NCBI GenBank assembly: GCA_013203315.1
Contig: JABMQJ010000016.1
Span: 4,956 to 68,955, forward strand
Direction of reading: 5' to 3'
Source: Candidatus Omnitrophota bacterium
GTDB taxonomy: Bacteria > Omnitrophota > Gorgyraeia > JABMRN01 > RBG-13-46-9
Length of the DNA stretch: 64,000 bases
Within the stretch, counting starts at the first letter, position 1; each line of letters begins with the position of its first letter. Under the pieces are notes generated by a model. That model saw only the letters and a list, made by a program, of their open reading frames with translations. It did no database searches and had not been told where the DNA came from. The position numbers and the translations under genes are program-made. Positions 9,829 to 17,775 of the stretch are shown here, piece by piece.

Positions 9829-10905
9829 ATGCATTTTAAAAATTTTGATAGAACGTTATTTTTTGCCACACTGGCGATTCTTCTCATAGGCCTTTTGACG
9901 CTTTATAGTGCTTCAAGAGAGTACCATTCTCAGGATATTGTTTTTCGCCAGGTATTCTGGATAATTTTTGGCATTGTGGTTTTATTCGCAATCTTGCGCG
10001 TGGATTATCAAAGGATTGCGAGCTTGTCTTACATATTTTACGGCGCAACACTACTTTTTCTTGTTATGGTTTTATTCTCCGGAAGAGCGAAGGGCGGCGC
10101 GCATCGCTGGATAAGCCTGGGCTTTTTCAACCTTCAACCCTCGGAGCTTGCAAAAATAACACTTATCTTGGCGCTTTCTTCATACGCAAGCGTTAGAAGA
10201 AGCGATGTTACCAAAATAAGTTTTTTTTGCAAAGCATTTCTGCTCGCTATCCCCGCATTTCTCCTAATTCTCATAGAACCCGATCTTGGCACGGCACTTT
10301 TGCTTATACCGGTAACGCTTGCAATGCTTTACATGGCCGGTGTGAATGTTATGCATATTTTGGGCGTTATGCTTCTAGGCCTGGCGTCTTTTCCTGTTTT
10401 TTGGCATTTTCTGAAAGGGTACCAGCGGCAGAGGCTATTTGTTTTTATAAACCCTAATATTGACCCGCTCGGTTCGGGCTATACAATAATACAATCGAAG
10501 ATCGCAGTCGGTTCAGGAGGGATCTTCGGTAAGGGATGGCTTGCGGGAACGCAGAATCAACTAAATTTTCTGCCGGAACGCCATACGGACTTTATTTTTT
10601 CGGTGGTAGGCGAGGAGTGGGGTTTCGTAGGCGCGCTTGTCCTTATACTATTGTATGCATTGATCGTGTACAGGGGGATAAAAATTATCGAAACTACTCC
10701 CGACACATGCGGAAAATTAATTGCTACGGGCCTTGTAACGCTTTTCACCCTTCAGGTCCTGATTAACATCGGCATGACCATTGGTTTTTTGCCTGTAGTC
10801 GGACTTACCCTACCGCTTATAAGCTACGGAGGCTCAAGCCTCATAACAACGCTTCTGTGTATCGGCCTATTGCTTAATATTGGTATGAGAAGGCCTCTAT
10901 TCTAA
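9829..10905 (+). CDS. rodA: SEDS-family peptidoglycan polymerase RodA
   Basis: FtsW/RodA/SpoVE family 10-TM topology, conserved 'PELGT'-like 'EPDLGTALL' and 'FLPERHTDFIFSVVGEEWGFVGAL' motifs; co-located with mrdA. Confidence 0.85.
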   Translation: MHFKNFDRTLFFATLAILLIGLLTLYSASREYHSQDIVFRQVFWIIFGIVVLFAILRVDYQRIASLSYIFYGATLLFLVMVLFSGRAKGGAHRWISLGFFNLQPSELAKITLILALSSYASVRRSDVTKISFFCKAFLLAIPAFLLILIEPDLGTALLLIPVTLAMLYMAGVNVMHILGVMLLGLASFPVFWHFLKGYQRQRLFVFINPNIDPLGSGYTIIQSKIAVGSGGIFGKGWLAGTQNQLNFLPERHTDFIFSVVGEEWGFVGALVLILLYALIVYRGIKIIETTPDTCGKLIATGLVTLFTLQVLINIGMTIGFLPVVGLTLPLISYGGSSLITTLLCIGLLLNIGMRRPLF

Positions 10906-10919
10906 ATTATATCATAATA

Positions 10920-10948
10920 TTGACAAAATAAGATATATAGAGTATACT
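10920..10948 (+). promoter_or_regulatory. Putative sigma70 promoter of the pilus operon (TTGACA-17-TATACT)
   Basis: TTGACA 10920-10925, 17-nt spacer, TATACT 10943-10948, in a 98-bp AT-rich intergenic gap; RBS 'tagggggtaaa' before pilT ATG. Confidence 0.45.
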
Positions 10949-11003
10949 TTTTAAGAATAGTTTGTTTTTTTGAAAGAGGCTTTAAAAATTTTTAGGGGGT
11001 AAA

Positions 11004-12089
11004 ATGGCGATAGATATCAAAAGTTTGCTGAAGATTATGTTGGAAAAAAATGCTTCGGACTTTCATGTCACCGCAAACACACCCATTCATTTGAGGATTG
11101 ACGAAAACTTGCATGCGCTGAACAAAGAAATATTGAGCCCACAAGACACAAAAGCAAGTGTGTACGCTATCCTAAATGACGATCAGATAAAGCAGTTCGA
11201 GAAAGACCTGGAGCTCGATTTTTCTTTTGAACTAAAAGATATTGCCAGGTTCAGGGTAAATATTTTTTACCAGAGGGGCGCTGTAGGTTGTGCGATAAGA
11301 CTCATACCTTATGAAATAATGAATTTTGAGCAGTGCGGGTTGCCTGTAAAAACGACAACCAAACTTTGCAAAGTGCCAAAAGGCCTTGTGCTGATTACAG
11401 GAGCGACGGGAAGCGGCAAGTCCACCACTCTGGCGTCTATGGTGGATTATATTAATAGCAATCGGCCTTGTCATATAATAACGATAGAGGATCCTATTGA
11501 ATTTGTGCACAAAAATAGGAAAGCTATTGTGGACCAGCGTGAAGTATATAAAGACACCCATTCATTCGGTGCCTCCTTGAAGCGCGTCTTGAGGCAGGAC
11601 CCTGACGTCATACTAATCGGAGAAATGCGAGACCTGGAAACGATTGAAAGCGCCTTGATAATCGCCGAAACAGGGCACCTGGTTCTTGCTACCCTTCACA
11701 CTTCTGATGCCGTGCAGACAATAAACAGGATAATAGACGTTTTTCCCGCGCACCAGCAACAGCAGATAAGAACACAGCTTTCATTTGTTCTTTCCGGGGT
11801 CCTCTCCCAGCAACTTATTCCGAAAGCAGGGAAGTCCGGCAGGGCCCTTGCTACCGAAGTTTTAATAGCAACACCTGCAATAAGAAGCTTGATTCGCGAG
11901 GGCAAGGTTCACCAGATATATTCAGTTATTCAAACTACGCAAAAAGAGGGCATGAAAACGATGAATCAGGCGTTAGCAGATCTTTGCGAAAGCGGTGCGG
12001 TATCGCTTGAAGCGTGCCAGGAAAAATCCACAAATATTGACGAGCTTTACAAATTAATTAAAAGTCCGGTAAAAGGAAAGGCGAGTTGA
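11004..12089 (+). CDS. pilT: Type IV pilus retraction ATPase PilT
   Basis: PilT-type N-terminus 'MAIDIKSLLKIMLEKNASDFHVTANTPIHLRID', Walker A 'GATGSGKSTT', Asp box/Walker B 'VILIGEMRD', His box 'GHLVLATLHT'; ~360 aa with no N-terminal MshEN domain. Confidence 0.85.
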   Translation: MAIDIKSLLKIMLEKNASDFHVTANTPIHLRIDENLHALNKEILSPQDTKASVYAILNDDQIKQFEKDLELDFSFELKDIARFRVNIFYQRGAVGCAIRLIPYEIMNFEQCGLPVKTTTKLCKVPKGLVLITGATGSGKSTTLASMVDYINSNRPCHIITIEDPIEFVHKNRKAIVDQREVYKDTHSFGASLKRVLRQDPDVILIGEMRDLETIESALIIAETGHLVLATLHTSDAVQTINRIIDVFPAHQQQQIRTQLSFVLSGVLSQQLIPKAGKSGRALATEVLIATPAIRSLIREGKVHQIYSVIQTTQKEGMKTMNQALADLCESGAVSLEACQEKSTNIDELYKLIKSPVKGKAS

Positions 12090-12092
12090 AAA

Positions 12093-12566
12093 ATGCTTCC
12101 GTTTAAACGTCTTGTAAAAAAACAACTGGGAGAATTACTGATAGAGCGCGGCGTTATTACCCGCTCGCAACTTGAAAAAGCACTCCAGATTCAAAAAGAA
12201 AAAGGCGGGCTCCTGGGCCAGATACTTGTTGTGTTGGGTTTCACAAAAGAAGAAGAAATAGCCCAGGCCCTCACCATTCAGTATGGTTTCCCATATCTGC
12301 CATTACAGAATTATGAATTAAACAAGGAAGTTGTCAAGCTCATACCCGAAAGCGTGTCAAGACAGTATTGCTTGATAGCGGTAGACAAGATAGGCGATAC
12401 GCTTACGGTGGCGATATCTAATCCGCTGAACACGAAAGCCATTGAGGATGTGGAGCTCCTTACTAAATGCAAGGTACAGGTTTTTGTGAGTACGCTGACG
12501 GATGTCGGTAAAGTCATCGAAAAGATATATGGAAAAGATAAAAAGCCGAAGGAGGCCGAGGGCTAA
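12093..12566 (+). CDS. Standalone MshEN / T2SSE_N-domain protein (putative c-di-GMP receptor)
   Basis: Two tandem 24-aa MshEN-type motifs separated by a 5-aa spacer: 'QLGELLIERGVITRSQLEKALQIQ'-'KEKGG'-'LLGQILVVLGFTKEEEIAQALTIQ', followed by a second GspE_N-like fold ('LIAVDKIGDTLTVAISNPLN'). No ATPase domain. Confidence 0.7.
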   Translation: MLPFKRLVKKQLGELLIERGVITRSQLEKALQIQKEKGGLLGQILVVLGFTKEEEIAQALTIQYGFPYLPLQNYELNKEVVKLIPESVSRQYCLIAVDKIGDTLTVAISNPLNTKAIEDVELLTKCKVQVFVSTLTDVGKVIEKIYGKDKKPKEAEG

Positions 12567-12574
12567 AACCAAAA

Positions 12575-14314
12575 ATGGCAGGCGACGCCTTATCCATAAG
12601 AGATCGGGTAATGAAAAGCCTCTGCGAGAAGAAACTTCTCGTTGAAAACGATATACGCAAGGCCCTTGAAATACAAAAAGAAAAAGGAGGCAAACTAAGC
12701 GATATATTGGTCGGGATGGGTATCGTGTCAAGAGGCGATCTTGTTTCGGCCATGAGCAAGGAACTCGGAATCCCGCCTATCGACCTTTCGCGTTATCAGG
12801 TTTCCCCGGAAGTAATAAAGCTTGTCTCTAAAAAAGTTGCCAGAAACTACCGCGTTGTACCCATTTCGAAGATGGGAAATTTCCTCACGATAGCCATAGC
12901 CGATCCGCTTAACGTATTTACCACAGACGACATAGCTTCTTTTACGGGTTGCAAAATCAGCGTTGTCATAGCAAGCGATAAAGATATTACTGAAGCGATT
13001 TCGCAATACTACGAAGCAGCGGCGCCGGAAGCCATAGAGCAAATTATAGATGAGATGTCACCGCAGGCAGGTGGCATAGAGCTACTCTCAGATACGGAGG
13101 ATACTCTATCCTCCGCGCAACTTGTGAAAATGATTCAAGAGGCACCCGTTGTCAAGGTTGCGAATATGATACTTGCAGAAGGGGTAAGGGCCAGGGCGAG
13201 CGATATCCTGATTGAACCACAGGAAGCCTCACTACGAATAAGATATAGAGTAGATGGTGTGTTGCACGAGGTCAAAGCCCCGCCGAAAAGAATTCACCCT
13301 GCGCTTATTTCAAGATTAAAAGTTATATCAAATTTAAATATTGCGGAGCGCCGGCTACCGCAGGACGGCCGTTTTAAAATAAAGATACAAGGCCGGGAAG
13401 TAGATTTTAGAATTTCTGTTTTACCATCAAGTAACGGCGAAAAAATTGCACTTCGGATACTGGATAAGTTGCAGGCTACGTTAGACCTTGCCAAGCTAGG
13501 GTTCGATGAAGGATCTTTGGAGAATATAAAGAAAGCCGCTATGAGGCCTCACGGAATGATCCTTGCTTGCGGGCCTACCGGTTGCGGTAAGACGACGACG
13601 CTTTATTCCATACTGAATTATGTGGATTCACCGGAAAAAAATGTAATTACCGCAGAAGACCCGGTAGAATATCAGTTGGAGGGCATAAATCAGCTAACCG
13701 TCAAACCGGATCTAAATCTTACGTTTGCCAGCAGTCTACGCTCATTCCTTAGGCAAGATCCGGATGTTATAATGGTCGGTGAAATAAGGGATTTTGAAAC
13801 CGTGGACATAGCGATTAAAGCGGCCTTAACAGGCCACCTTGTTCTTAGTACATTGCACACCACGACAGCGTCAGGATCAATAGTGCGCTTGGTTAACATG
13901 GGCGTGGAGCCTTTCCTTATTACCTCGAGCCTTGTTTTGGTTTCATCGCAGAGGCTGATACGTAGAATTTGTGAAACCTGCAAAGAATCGTACAAGATTG
14001 ACGAAGAAACCGCGAAGAAAATACAGCTAAAGTCCGGCGAAAAAAATATCGCATACAGGGGAAAAGGATGCAAGGCTTGCCAGAACACGGGTTACAGGGG
14101 AAGGGAGGCCCTCATAGAAACTTTGGTGCTAACCCCAGAAATTCGAAGGTTAATACTTGAAAAAGCAGAAGAAAATAAAATACGCCGGGAAGCGCGCAGG
14201 GCAGGCATGAAAACATTAAGGGAAAACGGAATAAAAAAGATTATAAGCGGTATTACAACTATAGAAGATATTTTGCGCGTAACAGTAGGAGACCAGGACG
14301 TTCCGGTAAAGTAA
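12575..14314 (+). CDS. pilB: Type IV pilus assembly ATPase PilB/GspE family (paralog 1)
   Basis: N-terminal MshEN-like region (spacer 'KEKGG'), GspE_N domain ('FLTIAIADPLN'), Walker A 'GPTGCGKTTT', 'VIMVGEIRD', 'GHLVLSTLHT', tetracysteine Zn motif 'CETCK...CKACQNTGYRGR'. Confidence 0.85.
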   Translation: MAGDALSIRDRVMKSLCEKKLLVENDIRKALEIQKEKGGKLSDILVGMGIVSRGDLVSAMSKELGIPPIDLSRYQVSPEVIKLVSKKVARNYRVVPISKMGNFLTIAIADPLNVFTTDDIASFTGCKISVVIASDKDITEAISQYYEAAAPEAIEQIIDEMSPQAGGIELLSDTEDTLSSAQLVKMIQEAPVVKVANMILAEGVRARASDILIEPQEASLRIRYRVDGVLHEVKAPPKRIHPALISRLKVISNLNIAERRLPQDGRFKIKIQGREVDFRISVLPSSNGEKIALRILDKLQATLDLAKLGFDEGSLENIKKAAMRPHGMILACGPTGCGKTTTLYSILNYVDSPEKNVITAEDPVEYQLEGINQLTVKPDLNLTFASSLRSFLRQDPDVIMVGEIRDFETVDIAIKAALTGHLVLSTLHTTTASGSIVRLVNMGVEPFLITSSLVLVSSQRLIRRICETCKESYKIDEETAKKIQLKSGEKNIAYRGKGCKACQNTGYRGREALIETLVLTPEIRRLILEKAEENKIRREARRAGMKTLRENGIKKIISGITTIEDILRVTVGDQDVPVK

Positions 14315-14317
14315 AAA

Positions 14318-16042
14318 ATGAAACAAAAAACACTTTCAGACAGGCTGCTCGATATTCTCCAACAAAAAAATCTTATAAATGCGGACCAGGCCAAGAAGGT
14401 TCTGAATATCCGCAAAAAAGAAGGGGGGAGCCTGGGAAAGATTCTGACAGGCGAAAACATTATAACGCATAAGGATTTAATGGTTCTTTTGAGTGAGCAA
14501 TTAGACATTCCTCCCATTGACCTCTCAAAATATAAGATTGATCCGAACATCGCGAAGCTCGTGCCGGAGAAGCTCGCAATGCAACATAACCTTATTCCCG
14601 TATCGAAAATAGCGAATACCATTACCGTTGCCATGGCAGATCCGACCGATATCCTGGCAATAGATGATATGAAAACCGCCCTACCCCCGGACGTGAGTAA
14701 TATCGATATTATTATTGCCACTCATAGTGACATCAAAGAGGCTCATGCGAAAATTTTCGGATCGCCTACAGAAGACATTCTAAAAATAGCGGTTGATGCT
14801 GATGTTGAAACAGTGGAGATTGTTGAGGAAGAAAAACTGGACATAGGCGAAATTACAGTCGAAAGTAAAAAAGCCCCGATTGTTAAAATAGTTTCGCTAA
14901 TATTAAACGAAGCCCTAAAGCGCAGGGCCAGTGACATACATATTGAGCCAACAGAAAAAGATGTAAGAGTACGGTACAGGATTGACGGTGCCCTGCGGGA
15001 AGCGCTACGACTGCCTAAAAAGAATCAGAACGCTATCGTGGCAAGGCTTAAAATAATGTCGAAGCTGGATATTACCGAAAACAGGGTCCCGCAGGACGGC
15101 CGTTTTAAAATAAAATCCGGGGCCAAAGGCATAGATTTTCGCGTAAGTATTTTACCCATAGCTTTCGGAAACAAGGTTGTTTTAAGAGCGCTCGACAAGT
15201 CGAATCTGGACATAGGGTTGGATAAATTGGGATTTTTACCGGGCCCCCTGGAAGCATTTAAAAAAGCACTGGAAAGGCCTTTTGGAATGATTCTTTTGAC
15301 CGGACCGACAGGAAGTGGAAAGTCTACAACCCTATACTCCATAATTAATAAGCTAAACACTCCCGCGAGAAACATTATAACGATAGAAGACCCTGTTGAA
15401 TATGAACTGGAAGGCATAACGCAAATTCAGGCAAACCCCGAGATAGGCCTTACCTTTGCAAACGGCCTTAAGTCCGTTCTCCGACAGAGTCCTGACATAG
15501 TCATGGTAGGGGAGATAAGGGATTTTGAAACAGCTGACATTGCGATTAAGGCATCTCTCACAGGGCAACTTGTCCTTAGCACCTTGCACACAAATGATGC
15601 AGTAGGAGCCATTACGAGATTGGTAGACATGGGCGTTGAGCCATTCCTTGTGTCTGCCAGCCTTGTTCTTACTGCCGCGCAAAGACTGCAAAGGAGCATA
15701 TGCCCGCGATGCAAGGAAGCAATTGACGTTCCTCGCTCTGTGCTTGAGCGGGTCGCTGGAACTAAAGATGTGGAGAAACTCATAAAAAGAAAGCCATTTT
15801 ATAGCGGAAAAGGATGTCCGCGTTGCAATAATACCGGTTATCTTGGAAGGGCAGGCGTTCTGGAGACGCTAACGATTGACGACGCGATAAGAGACATGAT
15901 TATAAGGAGGGCCTCAACGGAGGAAATAAGTAAGTACGCTATTTCTAAGGGAATGATGACTTTAAGGGATAGCGCACTGGAAAATTTTGCTGCCGGGCTA
16001 ACCACTATGGAAGAGGTTCTAAGAATTACTACGGAGGATTAA
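14318..16042 (+). CDS. Type IV pilus assembly ATPase PilB/GspE family (paralog 2)
   Basis: Same architecture as the upstream gene: MshEN-like N-terminus ('RLLDILQQKNLINADQAKKVLNIR'-'KKEGG'-...), Walker A 'GPTGSGKSTT', 'IVMVGEIRD', 'GQLVLSTLHT', tetracysteine 'CPRCKEA...CPRCNNTGYLGR'. Confidence 0.8.
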   Translation: MKQKTLSDRLLDILQQKNLINADQAKKVLNIRKKEGGSLGKILTGENIITHKDLMVLLSEQLDIPPIDLSKYKIDPNIAKLVPEKLAMQHNLIPVSKIANTITVAMADPTDILAIDDMKTALPPDVSNIDIIIATHSDIKEAHAKIFGSPTEDILKIAVDADVETVEIVEEEKLDIGEITVESKKAPIVKIVSLILNEALKRRASDIHIEPTEKDVRVRYRIDGALREALRLPKKNQNAIVARLKIMSKLDITENRVPQDGRFKIKSGAKGIDFRVSILPIAFGNKVVLRALDKSNLDIGLDKLGFLPGPLEAFKKALERPFGMILLTGPTGSGKSTTLYSIINKLNTPARNIITIEDPVEYELEGITQIQANPEIGLTFANGLKSVLRQSPDIVMVGEIRDFETADIAIKASLTGQLVLSTLHTNDAVGAITRLVDMGVEPFLVSASLVLTAAQRLQRSICPRCKEAIDVPRSVLERVAGTKDVEKLIKRKPFYSGKGCPRCNNTGYLGRAGVLETLTIDDAIRDMIIRRASTEEISKYAISKGMMTLRDSALENFAAGLTTMEEVLRITTED

Positions 16043-16046
16043 ACTA

Positions 16047-17264
16047 ATGGCTAGATTTAAATACGTAGTCAAAGACAAAGACGGTAAAACTGTAAAGGGA
16101 ACCGTTGAAGCCCAGGCAAAGGAAGGCGCGGTTCTTTCTTTGAGAGAGAAAGACTTGATTATAGTCTCCCTTCAGGAAGAGAAAGGGGGAGCGCGATCTT
16201 TGGGGCTATTTTTTCCTAAAAGGCAGAAGGTAAAAATAGACGACCTTGTCATATTTTCCCGGCAGCTGGCCACGATGGTTGATGCGGGCATACCCCTTGT
16301 TAGCGCGCTGGATATTCTGGCAGAACAGATTGAAAAACCGTCCCTCAAATACGTTATCTCGAAAGTCCACGATGACGTAGAGACTGGTTCAAGCCTGTCA
16401 GAGGCCCTATCTAAATATACAAATATTTTTTCAAATCTTTTTGTCAACATGGTTCGCGCCGGCGAATCAAGCGGTATGTTGGACGAAATCCTTGACAGGC
16501 TCGCTACATACCTTGAAAAAACAAGTAGCCTCCAGAAGAAGGTAAAGTCCGCTCTTGTTTATCCGGCGGCTGTAACAACTATGGCCATAGGCATAACCGT
16601 ATTTTTGCTGGTCAAGGTAATCCCGGTTTTTAAGGACATATATTCGGGTTTCGGGGCCCAGTTGCCTACGCCCACCATGGTAATACTTAGCATAAGTGAC
16701 TTTTTACGAAATTATTTTTATATCGCGATCGCTGCTATCATTATTTTCTTTCTTCTCATAAGCAGGTATATTAAGACTGATAGGGGCAAAACAAGATTTG
16801 ACCGCTTAAAGCTCAACATACCAATATTCGGTACCCTGGCAAAAAAGGTGGCAGTCGGCAAGTTTGCAAGAACCCTTTCCACGCTAATAAAGAGCGGGGT
16901 TCCGATATTGAGCTCACTTGAAATCGTGAGTAAAACCTCCGGTAACTGCGTTATAGAGAAGGCTGTAGACAACGTCAGGACAAATGTGCGCGAAGGAGAA
17001 GCTATCGCTGACCCCCTCTCAAAAAGTGGGATATTCCCGTCTATGGTTGTGCGCATGATTTCAGTCGGCGAACAGACTGGGGAACTTGAGAAGATGCTGA
17101 CAAAAATAGCGGACTTTTATGATGAGCAGGTAGACACGGCTGTAAGCGGCCTTACAAGCCTTATCGAGCCCCTCATAATAGCCTTTTTAGGCATTGTGAT
17201 AGGGGGCATAGTGATATGTATGTTCCTTCCCATATTGCAGATATCGTCGGTACTGAACGTATAA
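16047..17264 (+). CDS. pilC: Type IV pilus inner-membrane platform protein PilC (GspF family)
   Basis: 405 aa, duplicated GspF domains each with a TM pair ('LATMVDAGIPLVSALDIL', 'LSTLIKSGVPILSSLEIV'); follows the PilB genes. Confidence 0.85.
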   Translation: MARFKYVVKDKDGKTVKGTVEAQAKEGAVLSLREKDLIIVSLQEEKGGARSLGLFFPKRQKVKIDDLVIFSRQLATMVDAGIPLVSALDILAEQIEKPSLKYVISKVHDDVETGSSLSEALSKYTNIFSNLFVNMVRAGESSGMLDEILDRLATYLEKTSSLQKKVKSALVYPAAVTTMAIGITVFLLVKVIPVFKDIYSGFGAQLPTPTMVILSISDFLRNYFYIAIAAIIIFFLLISRYIKTDRGKTRFDRLKLNIPIFGTLAKKVAVGKFARTLSTLIKSGVPILSSLEIVSKTSGNCVIEKAVDNVRTNVREGEAIADPLSKSGIFPSMVVRMISVGEQTGELEKMLTKIADFYDEQVDTAVSGLTSLIEPLIIAFLGIVIGGIVICMFLPILQISSVLNV

Positions 17265-17265
17265 G

Positions 17266-17287
17266 AGCCCCTGGCACCCCTGGGGCT
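17266..17287 (+). terminator. Short GC hairpin after pilC (possible weak terminator/attenuator)
   Basis: AGCCCC(17266-17271)-10 nt loop-GGGGCT(17282-17287) followed by 'atctt'; weak T-tract. Confidence 0.3.
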
Positions 17288-17290
17288 ATC

Positions 17291-17319
17291 TTGACTTTTA
17301 GCCACTTGTGTGATATAAT
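17291..17319 (+). promoter_or_regulatory. Strong sigma70 promoter with extended -10 upstream of the major pilin gene
   Basis: TTGACT 17291-17296, 17-nt spacer, TGaTATAAT (TG at -15/-14, TATAAT 17314-17319); followed by RBS 'ggaaggaaggaagg' and the pilin ATG at 17360. Confidence 0.5.
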
Positions 17320-17359
17320 AACGTTGTCCCTACATGGGAAGGAAGGAAGGTGAAAAAAC

Positions 17360-17695
17360 ATGAAAAAGCTAAAGAAAAAAGGGTTTACGCTCGTCGAAAT
17401 CATGATCGTTGTTGCAATTATAGGTCTATTGGCGGCTATAGCCATTCCTAACTTTGTAAGGGCTAGGACAACGGCGCAAACCAATTCCTGCATAGCTAAC
17501 TTAAAGCAGCTCGAAGGGGCTGTCCAGGTCTGGGCTATAGAAACAGGTGCGGGTGATACCGATGCCTCGGTGCTATCCGATTTAACACCGTACGTCAGAC
17601 GTTGGCCCTCATGCGGAACAAGCGCATATGCGGCGCCAACCAGTGCATCTCAAACACCTACGTGTCCACTCGCCAACACTGACCACGTGCTCTAA
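17360..17695 (+). CDS. pilA: Type IV major pilin (PilA-like prepilin)
   Basis: Class III signal 'MKKLKKKG|FTLVEIMIVVAIIGLLAAIAIPNF' (G-1, E+5), ~111 aa, C-terminal Cys pair (C..C) for the D-region disulfide, Ser/Thr-rich tail 'AAPTSASQTPT'. Confidence 0.8.
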   Translation: MKKLKKKGFTLVEIMIVVAIIGLLAAIAIPNFVRARTTAQTNSCIANLKQLEGAVQVWAIETGAGDTDASVLSDLTPYVRRWPSCGTSAYAAPTSASQTPTCPLANTDHVL

Positions 17696-17728
17696 GGGCA
17701 AGAGCATTTTGAAGGCGTAAGCCTGAAT

Positions 17729-17761
17729 AGGGGGTGATGAATTCATCACCCCCTATTTTTA
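17729..17761 (+). terminator. Rho-independent terminator after the pilin gene
   Basis: Perfect 12-bp inverted repeat GGGGGTGATGAA/TTCATCACCCCC (17730-17753) followed by 'tattttta'. Confidence 0.6.
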
Positions 17762-17775
17762 TATCTTTAATATTT

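Noticed and set aside
14092-14721. 209-aa minus-strand ORF across the PilB-1/PilB-2 boundary
   Set aside because: Antisense to Walker-motif-containing ATPase genes; Ser/Ile-rich low-complexity translation; no start context.
17734-17775. ORF-track start of the GT-C gene at 17734
   Set aside because: These codons coincide with the perfect palindromic terminator of the pilin gene. The ATG at 17776 begins a hydrophobic TM segment as expected.
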